Below are positions 1-7,165 of a stretch of DNA of 16,249 nt, in pieces. Position numbers and translations under genes: made by a program. The notes under the pieces are model-generated. The model was not told the DNA's origin, made no database searches, and saw only the letters and a list, made by a program, of their open reading frames with translations. Origin of the DNA: Candidatus Sericytochromatia bacterium (GTDB taxonomy: Bacteria; Cyanobacteriota; Sericytochromatia; S15B-MN24; JAQBPE01); the NCBI GenBank assembly GCA_035285125.1, contig JAYKHR010000082.1:1-16249 (forward strand), given 5' to 3'. The stretch's first letter is position 1. Every line of letters begins with the position of its first letter.

Positions 1-793
1 TGGATTGCGCTCCCTCGTGCAAAACGACTTGGTCCGCGACCTCGGGCATCCAGCCCTGCAGGATCTCGCGCGCCTTGTGATAGCCGGTGTGGGTGTCCAC
101 GATGATTCTGGCGACGTCACCCGTCAAAGCATCCCGCAGCACCCTGTGGATCAGGTCGCTGTCGCGGTGCAGCAGCGCGGGGGGTTCGACAAACTGGACC
201 TGGTGCAGGATGTCGGCCCAGATCTCGATGAGTTCCTGGATGTCCTGGCGAAGCTCTTCTTCCGAACGGCCAATGGCCTCGGTCCGCACGATCAGGCCGT
301 GGCCGGGGTCCTTCAGGCGCAGCGTCAGGTCGCGCAGGCGGTCCCGCTCCCGGCCGTCCGTGATGCGCCGCGAGATCGACACGCGGTTGTCGTGGGGGAC
401 CAGCACGAGGAACCGCCCCGGGATGGTCACCCGCCCGGTGAGGCGCGCCCCCTTCGTGCCGGTGGGGGCCTTCGCAATCTGGACCAGGATGCGCTCGCGC
501 ACCTTCACCGAGGGTTTCTTGGCCACGGCCTGCTTGCGGGGCGTGAGCATGTCGGGCAGGTCAGCCACATGGATGAAGCCGTTGCGGTCCTGACCGATGT
601 CGACGAAGGCCGCTTCGATGCCAGGCACCACGGCGTCGATCTGACCCCAAATGATGTCCCCGACGAGCTGGTCACCGTGGCGGAGGAAGAACTCGGCGGC
701 GCGTCCGTTCTCGAACACGACAGCAAGGTCATTCGCCTCGCTGATGACGATCTCTTTCCTGAGCTTGGACTTGGTGGTGGAGGTCTTCCTCAT
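1..793 (-). CDS. rne: Rne/Rng family ribonuclease (RNase E/G), N-terminal part; gene continues beyond the left edge
   Basis: Manual translation of the - strand from ATG at 793 gives MRKTSTTKSKLRKEIVISEANDLAVVFENGRAAEFFLRHGDQLVGDIIWGQIDAVVPGIEAAFVDIGQDRNGFIHVADL...ILVQIAKAPTGTKGARLTGRVTIPGRFLVLVP...SISRRI...GLIVRTEA. These are the S1-domain and 5'-sensor motifs of RNase E/G, and there is no stop before position 1. In-frame alternative starts: ATG 823 and GTG 835 (the latter 6 nt after an AGGGGT SD-like sequence). rne versus rng cannot be decided without the C-terminus. Confidence 0.93.
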   Translation of the reverse strand, partial: MRKTSTTKSKLRKEIVISEANDLAVVFENGRAAEFFLRHGDQLVGDIIWGQIDAVVPGIEAAFVDIGQDRNGFIHVADLPDMLTPRKQAVAKKPSVKVRERILVQIAKAPTGTKGARLTGRVTIPGRFLVLVPHDNRVSISRRITDGRERDRLRDLTLRLKDPGHGLIVRTEAIGRSEEELRQDIQELIEIWADILHQVQFVEPPALLHRDSDLIHRVLRDALTGDVARIIVDTHTGYHKAREILQGWMPEVADQVVLHEGAQS

Positions 794-1149
794 TCTGAAC
801 GCTTGCTTTGTGGTGAGCGGCATCGGCGCCGACACGCGCACACCCCTGGGGGTGCGCCCGCCGTCGTTCAAACCGGGGAAGCCGCTCGGGGGAGGATGAC
901 AGCCGGAGCTAGGCTCCAGTGGAGGCGCTCCACGGAGAGGAGCGGGCGGTGGACGACTGGCTCGTGCGGCACGTCGGTTGATCGAGCGGGCACCAAAACC
1001 TCGTTCGGAGCGGCGTTGAGCGTGCCCGCTGAGGGGTGCGCGTCCAGGCGTCCATTCCGGCTTCGCTGTGGGGAAACTCCAGGTACCGAAGCGCGGGTCC
1101 GTCGCGACCGCAGCCGCTGACTCGACGTCACGCTTTTGGGACGCTGACC

Positions 1150-1177
1150 AGTATACCACGCAGCGTACGGGCCGCAA
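1150..1177 (-). promoter_or_regulatory. Putative sigma70-type promoter for rne (TTGCGG-16 nt-TATACT, extended -10 TGgTATACT)
   Basis: Reverse complement of 1150-1158 is TGGTATACT and of 1172-1177 is TTGCGG. It points toward rne with a predicted start near 1143. Confidence 0.6.
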
Positions 1178-1260
1178 GGCGTGGGGGAAGACCCCGCGGA
1201 GGGGCGCCTTTCCCGGTGCCCCCCCCCTGTCCCACGGGCTTCCCGGGCGCCCGGTGGCCG

Positions 1261-1269
1261 TGGTATCCT
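1261..1269 (+). promoter_or_regulatory. Putative extended -10 promoter for ssb (TGgTATCCT)
   Basis: TGGTATCCT at 1261-1269 is about 50 nt upstream of the ssb ATG. GAGGA SD at 1306-1310. Confidence 0.5.
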
Positions 1270-1319
1270 TTCGGGTTGTCCCCGGCGCGCCAGGCGCCAA
1301 CCTCCGAGGAACCCGTCCC

Positions 1320-1718
1320 ATGCTCAACAGCGTCGTGCTTGCCGGTCGCCCCGGCTCCGACCCCGAAATCAAGTACTTCGAGAACGGGCGCGCCAAGGCC
1401 CATTTCAACCTCGCCGTGAACCGGCCAGGCAAACGCCAGGAAGGCGTGGACAACACGGACTGGTTCCGGGTGGAGTTCTGGGACAAGAAGGCTGAGGTCG
1501 TCTCCCAATACGTCAAGAAGGGGGCCCTGATCGGCGTCGTCGGTCGCCTCGAGGTCGGAAGCTGGACCGATCAGTCCGGCCAGAAGCGCGAGCTTTACTC
1601 CATCCAAGCCAGCGACTTCCAGTTCCTGGGCTCGAAGTCAGACAGCGCGGGCGGTAGTGACTGGGCAGGGAGCCGCCAGAGCGGCGGGTTCCGCGAGGCA
1701 GACGACTCGGGCTTCTAA
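1320..1718 (+). CDS. ssb: Single-stranded DNA-binding protein (132 aa)
   Basis: MLNSVVLAGRPGSDPEIKYF...FNLAVNR...TDWFRVEFWDKKAEVVSQYVKKGALIGVVGRLEVGSWTD matches the SSB OB-fold signature, followed by a Gly/Ser-rich tail and an acidic-Phe end. Start placed at ATG 1320 (SD GAGGA) rather than the track's 1068. Confidence 0.95.
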   Translation: MLNSVVLAGRPGSDPEIKYFENGRAKAHFNLAVNRPGKRQEGVDNTDWFRVEFWDKKAEVVSQYVKKGALIGVVGRLEVGSWTDQSGQKRELYSIQASDFQFLGSKSDSAGGSDWAGSRQSGGFREADDSGF

Positions 1719-1733
1719 GCCGCAGGCTGACCC

Positions 1734-3059
1734 GTGACGCCCCGCGGCCCGCGGCCCCCCGACCTCGACCCCCGGCTGCTGGCGAGCGGCCCGACGGGGG
1801 TCCTCGCCCACGACTGGGCAGGGGCCAGCGAGGCTGCCGCAGCCTTCCGCGGAGGCACCGGCGAAGCCTGGGTCGCCGCGGATCTCCTGCGCCCCGGCGT
1901 CCCGGCCGGCGACACGCTGGCCCTCGTGGCCGGCCACGCCGACCCTACCTCGGCCCAAGCGGCGCGGCTGGCGCGCGAGGCGGCCCGCGCCTTGCGCGCG
2001 CACCGCTGCGCCCGCCACTTTTTGCACTGCGGGCCAGACCCCGGGGCACTGCTTGCCGCCCAGCTGGGCGAGGCGCTCGACGCCCTCGACCTCCCCCTGG
2101 CCGTGGTGGCCGCCGCGGACCCCGGAGCCGGGGTGCTGTGCGTGGGAGGCTACCAGCTGGTGGAGGGGCGCCCCGCCTGCCTCCCGCGGGACAACGTCCC
2201 TGTCGGCATCGGCCACCTGCCCACCCTGCTCGGCCGCCAGGGCAGGCTGGCCACGGCGCACCTGGGGCTCGACGCGGTGTGGCAGGGGCCGCAGGCTGTG
2301 GCGCAGGCCCTGACGGAGGCCTGGGCAGCGGGCCGCCGGGTGCTGGTCGTGGATGCCGCGCGGGAGCAAGACCTCGCAGCGATCGCCCGGGGCATCGTGA
2401 TCACGCCCTACCCCATCCTGCCCGTGGGCAGCGCGGGGCTCGCGCGGGCGCTTCAACCCCACAGGATGCTGGAGCTGCCCCCAAGCCTGCCCCGCGCCCT
2501 GGGAAGGGGGCGAGGCCGCCCGCCGGTGCTCACGGTGGCGGGCGGCCCCCACCCGCGCTTGCGGGACCAGGTGGCCCGCGCGGCGCGGGGCGCAGCCCTG
2601 GTGACGCTGGACGTGGAGCGGCTGCTCCTGCGCGGAGAGGCCGCCGCCGAGGAGGCCTTCGAGGCCGCCCGGGCCTGGCTCACGGCGGGCCGGGACGTGG
2701 TGCTGACCTCGCCGCTCGACCCCAAGGCGTGGCAGCAGGCTGTCGACCTCGCCCACACGCTCGGAGGCGGCGCCGGCCTCGGCAGGTTGGTGGTGGATGT
2801 GCTGGGAACTTTGGGCGCCAGGCTTGCACAGACGTGTCCGCTGTCGGGCTTGCTCGTGGCGGGTCGGGACCTGAGCGGCAAGCTCGCGGCAGGCTTCGGG
2901 GGCGCCCCGTGCCGGGTGGTCGGCCCGCTCGGGTCGGGGGCCGTGCTGCTCGAGGTGGGCGACAGCCGCTTGCGCTGGGCCGTCAAGGCGGGGGCCAGCG
3001 GCGGGCCAGAGGCCATTGACGCCCTTGCGGCTCAGCTGAGGCTCTCTCAGCTGCCTTGA
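1734..3059 (+). CDS. Four-carbon acid sugar kinase family protein (DUF1537; DtnK/OtnK-like), with degenerate motifs
   Basis: Length 441 aa, with family motifs in the expected order: GVLAHDWAGA (cf. IADDLTGA), GGYQLVEG.P, VVDA....DL..IA, VGSAGLARAL, PVLTVAG, VKAGASGG (cf. TKAGGFG). GTG start 15 nt after the ssb stop. Confidence 0.75.
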   Translation: MTPRGPRPPDLDPRLLASGPTGVLAHDWAGASEAAAAFRGGTGEAWVAADLLRPGVPAGDTLALVAGHADPTSAQAARLAREAARALRAHRCARHFLHCGPDPGALLAAQLGEALDALDLPLAVVAAADPGAGVLCVGGYQLVEGRPACLPRDNVPVGIGHLPTLLGRQGRLATAHLGLDAVWQGPQAVAQALTEAWAAGRRVLVVDAAREQDLAAIARGIVITPYPILPVGSAGLARALQPHRMLELPPSLPRALGRGRGRPPVLTVAGGPHPRLRDQVARAARGAALVTLDVERLLLRGEAAAEEAFEAARAWLTAGRDVVLTSPLDPKAWQQAVDLAHTLGGGAGLGRLVVDVLGTLGARLAQTCPLSGLLVAGRDLSGKLAAGFGGAPCRVVGPLGSGAVLLEVGDSRLRWAVKAGASGGPEAIDALAAQLRLSQLP

Positions 3060-3171
3060 CGGTACGGGCTGCCACCCGAGCCACGGAAAGTGGCGGGCGG
3101 CGGGTATATTCAGCAAGCGTGACGGTCAACCGCCGCCGCGCGCGCTGCCACTGCTCTGGAAAGGTCGTCTG

Positions 3172-4416
3172 ATGCGGATCTTGATGCTGTCCTGGGAATA
3201 CCCCCCTCGCATCGTGGGCGGGATTGCCCGCCACGTGGAGGAGATCTCCGAGGCCCTCGCGGCTGCCGGACATGAGGTGCACGTGGTCACCGCAGACCAC
3301 CCCAACACGGCCGAGCACGAGACCGTGAATGGCGTGCACCTGCACCGCGTCAAGAACATGCCGTTCGATCCACCGGACTTCCTCTCGTGGGTGTTGCAGC
3401 TTCAGCACGGGATGGTCGCCTACGCCATGGAAGCGCACCGGCAAGCCCCGTTCGACCTGGTGCACGCCCACGACTGGCTGACGGCTCATGCGGGCATCAC
3501 CCTCAAGAAGGGCCTGGGAGTGCCCCTCGTCGCCACGATCCACGCCACCGAGGCTGGGCGGAACCGCGGCCACCTCGTGAGCGAGTTCTCTCAGTTCGTG
3601 AACCACATGGAGTGGCGGCTGGCCTTCGAGGCCTGGCGCGTCATCGTCTGCAGCACTTTCATGCACGGCGAGGCCCAGCAGGCCTTCGCGGTGCCGGCCG
3701 ACAAGCTCGACATCGTGCCCAACGGGGTGGACTACGCCAAGTTCAACCCGACGCTGACGGCCACGGAGCGCCTGCAGTTCCGCCGCCACTTCGCAGCAGA
3801 CCACCAGAAGCTGGTCTTCTTCGTCGGCCGCATGACCCCCGAGAAGGGGGCCCAGGTGCTCCTCGAAGCCGTGCCGCGCGTGCTGGCGGAGTACCACGAC
3901 GCGCGCTTCGTGGTGGTGGGCAAGGGCGGCTTCCTCGCCGACCTGAAGCGGCGGGCCCACGAGCTGGGCGTGGCACCTTACGTCAACTTCACGGGCTTCG
4001 TCTCCGACGAGGACCTTCACAAGCTGTATCAGGTCATCGACGTGGCCGTGTTTCCCAGCCTGTACGAACCCTTCGGCATCGTGGCCCTCGAGGGCATGGC
4101 CGCGCAGGTGCCCGTGGTCGTCTCCGACACCGGCGGCCTGGGCAGCATCGTCGAGCACACCCGCAGCGGCATCACCACCTTCGCCGGCAACGCGGAGTCG
4201 CTCGCGTGGGGCGTCCTGGAGGTCCTGAAGCACCCCGAGGTCGCGGCCAAGCTGGCTGCAGCCGGTCGCAAGCGCGTGGAAGAGGTCTTCAACTGGCCGG
4301 CGATCGCCCGTAGCACGGCGGCCATCTACCAGCGCATCCTCGACGAGTCGGGCGCGAGCACCCCCGGCGAGGCGCCGCAGCCGGCCCGCCCGGGACGCGG
4401 CGCGGCGCGGCGCTGA
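3172..4416 (+). CDS. Glycosyltransferase family 4 (GT-B fold, glycogen synthase/MshA-like)
   Basis: MRILMLSWEYPPRIVGGIARHV, DLVHAHDW, TIHATE, FVGRMTPEKG and the retaining GT4 EX7E motif FPSLYEPFGIVALEGMA. Confidence 0.93.
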   Translation: MRILMLSWEYPPRIVGGIARHVEEISEALAAAGHEVHVVTADHPNTAEHETVNGVHLHRVKNMPFDPPDFLSWVLQLQHGMVAYAMEAHRQAPFDLVHAHDWLTAHAGITLKKGLGVPLVATIHATEAGRNRGHLVSEFSQFVNHMEWRLAFEAWRVIVCSTFMHGEAQQAFAVPADKLDIVPNGVDYAKFNPTLTATERLQFRRHFAADHQKLVFFVGRMTPEKGAQVLLEAVPRVLAEYHDARFVVVGKGGFLADLKRRAHELGVAPYVNFTGFVSDEDLHKLYQVIDVAVFPSLYEPFGIVALEGMAAQVPVVVSDTGGLGSIVEHTRSGITTFAGNAESLAWGVLEVLKHPEVAAKLAAAGRKRVEEVFNWPAIARSTAAIYQRILDESGASTPGEAPQPARPGRGAARR

Positions 4417-4424
4417 CCCAACGG

Positions 4425-4446
4425 CCCGGGAGCAGCTCCCGGGTTC
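4425..4446 (+). terminator. Palindromic hairpin after the GT4 gene (possible weak terminator)
   Basis: CCCGGGAGC-A-GCTCCCGGG at 4425-4443 starts 9 nt after the stop codon. The U-tract is short (TTC). Confidence 0.35.
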
Positions 4447-4450
4447 AGGC

Positions 4451-4456
4451 TATAAT
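4451..4456 (+). promoter_or_regulatory. Putative -10 box (TATAAT) for the nucleotidyltransferase gene
   Basis: Perfect TATAAT in a GC-rich intergenic region, about 70 nt upstream of ATG 4527. Strong SD AGGAGG at 4513-4518. No recognisable -35. Confidence 0.5.
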
Positions 4457-4526
4457 GCCCGGCATCGCGTCGGGCGCCTCGACGGTGAGGCGCGGACAAC
4501 GTGGTTCGTAGCAGGAGGGAGCGGAG

Positions 4527-7034
4527 ATGAAGGCAGTCCTCATGGCAGGCGGGTCGGGGACGCGGCTGCGGCCGCTGACGTGCGACATTCCCAAGCCGAT
4601 GGTGCCGATGCTCAACAAGCCGATGGCCGAGCACATCATCAACTTGCTGAAGCGGCACGGCATCACGGACATCATCATCACGCTCTACTACCTCCCGCAC
4701 GTGATCCAGAACTACTTCGGGGACGGGCGCGAGTTCGGCGTCAACATCACCTACGCCGTCGAGGAGAAGATGCCCCTGGGCACCGCCGGCTGCGTGAAGG
4801 CCATCGAGGACCTGCTCGACGAGACCTTCGTCGTCATCTCCGGCGACTCACTGACAGACATCGATCTCGAGCGCGCGCTGGAGTTCCACAAAACGCGGGA
4901 GAGCCTCGCCACCATCGTGCTCACGCGCGTCACGAACCCGCTGGAATTCGGCGTCGTGATCACCGACGACGAAGGCCGCATTCAGCGGTTCCTCGAAAAG
5001 CCGTCCATGTCGGAGGTCTTCTCAGACACCATCAACACCGGCACCTACGTCCTCGAGCCGGAGGTGCTCAAGCTGCTGCCCGCCGAGAAGGAGGTCGACT
5101 TCTCCAAGGACCTGTTCCCGCTGCTGCTGCAGCGGCAGGACCCGATGTTCGGCTACGTCGCGGACGGTTACTGGGAGGACGTGGGCAACCTGCAGTCCTA
5201 CAGACAGGCACACTACGACATCCTCGACGGCAAGGTGGCGATCGACCTCGCCTACACGCGCCACGAGGGCAACATCTGGCTTGGCGAGGGCACCGTGATC
5301 TCGCCAGGCGCTCAGATCACGGGCCCCGTGGTGATCGGCCACAATTGCCAGATTGGTGCGGGCGCGACGCTCTCGCCTGGCACGGTGATCGGGGACAACG
5401 TCATCGTGGGCGAGGGCTGCTCGCTCAAGCGCCCCATCATCTGGAACAACGTCTACGTCGGCGAAGAGGCCCAGCTGCGCGGGTGTGTCATCGGCAAGGG
5501 GTCCAGCATCAAGCGAGGCGCCGTCATCCTGGAAGGCGCCATCGTCGCCAACGAGTGCGTGGTGGGCGAGGACGCTCAGATCAAGCCAGAGGTGAAAATC
5601 TGGCCCAACAAGACGATCGAGTCCGGCGCCACGCTGGCAAGCTCGCTCATCTGGGGCTCGCAGGCGCAGCGCACGCTCTTCGGTGCCACGGGCGTGGAGG
5701 GCCTTGCCAACATCGAGATCACCCCAGAGTTCGCCGTCAAGCTCGGCGCGAGCTACGGGGCCACGCTGCCCCTGGGCAGCTCCGTGACCGTGAGCCGCGA
5801 CTCAACGCCCGCCTCGCGAATGATCAACCGCGGTCTTATCTCCGGCCTGCTCTCAGTCGGCGTCAACGTGCACAACCTGGAGTCGACGAGCCTGCCCATC
5901 ACCCGCTTCTATCTGCCCGAGCTCAACGCGCGCGGCGGGGTTCACATCCGCATGTCGTCCGACTCCGAGAACGAGGTGATCCTCGAGTTCCTCGACGGCC
6001 GCGGCATGACCATCTCGAAGGCCGAAGAGAAGAAGATCGAGTCCAACTTCTTCAAGGAAGACTTCCGGCGCGTGGGCCTCGCCGACATCGGCAACATCTC
6101 GTTCCCCGCCCGCGTGTTGGAGCATTACGCCAGTGGCTACAACCAGGCCATCTCGGGCGAAGGGCTGCGCAAGCTGCGGCCGAAGATCGTGATCGATTAC
6201 GCGAACTCCTTCACCAACGTCATGCTGCCGGGCCTCATCGGGCGCATGGGGGCCGAGACCGTCGTGCTCAACGCGCACGCGTCGAGCCTGCCGCCCAGCC
6301 CGCGGCAGCGCGAGGAGCTGCGGCAGCAGCTCGCCAACATCGTCACGGCCCTGCGGGCCACCTTCGGGTTCCAGGTGGACGACAACGCGGAGCGCATCCA
6401 CCTCGTCGATCCGAGGGGTCGCATCATCACCCCCACCCAGTTGCTGGTGCTGATGGTGAGGCTCCTGGGCGCACTGCACCCGAACCGGAAGTTTGTGGTC
6501 CCCGTCAGCGCCCCCTCGATCCTCGAGGCGGTGGCAGCCGAGAGCGGCGGCACCATCGTGCGCACGAAGGTGAACGCCCGGGCTCTGATGGAGATGGCCC
6601 ACCATGAAGGCGTGGTGATGGCCGGAAACCTGGACGGCAAGTTCATCTTCCCAGCCGTGCACCCCGGCTTCGACGCCATGCTGGCGGCCGGGCGCATCGC
6701 CGAAGCCCTCGCGGCCTCGGGGCGCACGTTGGCGGACCTGGTGGACGACCTGCCCGAGTTCCATCACATCCACGAAATCGTGCCCTGCCCGTGGGAGCGC
6801 AAGGGGACGGTCATGCGGGTGCTGGTGGAGCAGAGCAAGCACGGCCAGACCGAGCTCATCGACGGCATCAAGGTCTTCGTCAACGGGGGCTGGGCGCTGG
6901 TGCTGCCCGACCCTGTCGATCCGGTGGTGCACCTCTATGCCGATGCCAAGAGCGCCGTCCATGCCGACCAGATCGTTGAGAACTACGCGGGGCTGATTCG
7001 CAAGCTGACCTCGCCCGAGGAAGCCCTGGCCTGA
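4527..7034 (+). CDS. Sugar-1-phosphate nucleotidyltransferase (mannose-1-phosphate guanylyltransferase-like) with hexapeptide LbH domain, fused to a phosphohexomutase (PGM/PMM)-like region
   Basis: N-terminal MAGGSGTRLRPLTCDIPKPMVP (GxGxRLxPLT...KP), ISGD, RFLEKP, INTGTY and YWEDVG motifs. Hexapeptide repeats (GPVVIGHNCQIGAGATL...). Then LFGATGVEGLANIEITPEF, SRD and C-terminal IDGIKVF...WALVLPD, typical of PGM/PMM domains. Confidence 0.9.
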   Translation: MKAVLMAGGSGTRLRPLTCDIPKPMVPMLNKPMAEHIINLLKRHGITDIIITLYYLPHVIQNYFGDGREFGVNITYAVEEKMPLGTAGCVKAIEDLLDETFVVISGDSLTDIDLERALEFHKTRESLATIVLTRVTNPLEFGVVITDDEGRIQRFLEKPSMSEVFSDTINTGTYVLEPEVLKLLPAEKEVDFSKDLFPLLLQRQDPMFGYVADGYWEDVGNLQSYRQAHYDILDGKVAIDLAYTRHEGNIWLGEGTVISPGAQITGPVVIGHNCQIGAGATLSPGTVIGDNVIVGEGCSLKRPIIWNNVYVGEEAQLRGCVIGKGSSIKRGAVILEGAIVANECVVGEDAQIKPEVKIWPNKTIESGATLASSLIWGSQAQRTLFGATGVEGLANIEITPEFAVKLGASYGATLPLGSSVTVSRDSTPASRMINRGLISGLLSVGVNVHNLESTSLPITRFYLPELNARGGVHIRMSSDSENEVILEFLDGRGMTISKAEEKKIESNFFKEDFRRVGLADIGNISFPARVLEHYASGYNQAISGEGLRKLRPKIVIDYANSFTNVMLPGLIGRMGAETVVLNAHASSLPPSPRQREELRQQLANIVTALRATFGFQVDDNAERIHLVDPRGRIITPTQLLVLMVRLLGALHPNRKFVVPVSAPSILEAVAAESGGTIVRTKVNARALMEMAHHEGVVMAGNLDGKFIFPAVHPGFDAMLAAGRIAEALAASGRTLADLVDDLPEFHHIHEIVPCPWERKGTVMRVLVEQSKHGQTELIDGIKVFVNGGWALVLPDPVDPVVHLYADAKSAVHADQIVENYAGLIRKLTSPEEALA

Positions 7035-7058
7035 AGAGGCCAGGCTGGAGTCATCTGG

Positions 7059-7095
7059 GTGCGGGGTGGGCGCTTGCCCATCCCGCACTTTACTT
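7059..7095 (+). terminator. Rho-independent terminator
   Basis: GTGCGGGGTGGGC-GCTT-GCCCATCCCGCAC (7059-7088; 13-bp stem with one G-U) followed by TTTACTT, downstream of the stop at 7034. Confidence 0.7.
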
Positions 7096-7122
7096 GACAA
7101 CGCCCGACTAAATACCTATCGT
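7094..7122 (+). promoter_or_regulatory. sigma70/sigmaA promoter of the hrcA operon (TTGACA-17 nt-TATCGT)
   Basis: Perfect -35 TTGACA at 7094-7099, a 17-nt spacer, and -10 TATCGT at 7117-7122, immediately followed by CIRCE. Confidence 0.8.
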
Positions 7123-7123
7123 G

Positions 7124-7150
7124 TTAGCACTCACCCCTGGCGAGTGCCAG
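7124..7150 (+). promoter_or_regulatory. CIRCE element (HrcA operator)
   Basis: TTAGCACTC-ACCCCTGGC-GAGTGCCAG versus consensus TTAGCACTC-N9-GAGTGCTAA: left arm 9/9, right arm 7/9, exact 9-nt spacer. It lies directly upstream of hrcA. Confidence 0.93.
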
Positions 7151-7165
7151 TCCGGGACCGTGCCG

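Noticed and set aside
5..1120. 371-aa + strand ORF
   Set aside because: It is the antisense shadow of the RNase E/G gene, shares its codon register and has no recognisable motifs.
868..1131. 87-aa - strand ORF within the rne leader (possible uORF)
   Set aside because: No SD, no recognisable motifs, and a composition typical of chance ORFs in high-GC DNA.
1219..1227. C9 homopolymer as a phase-variation tract
   Set aside because: It is intergenic, outside both predicted promoter cores, and unremarkable at this GC content.
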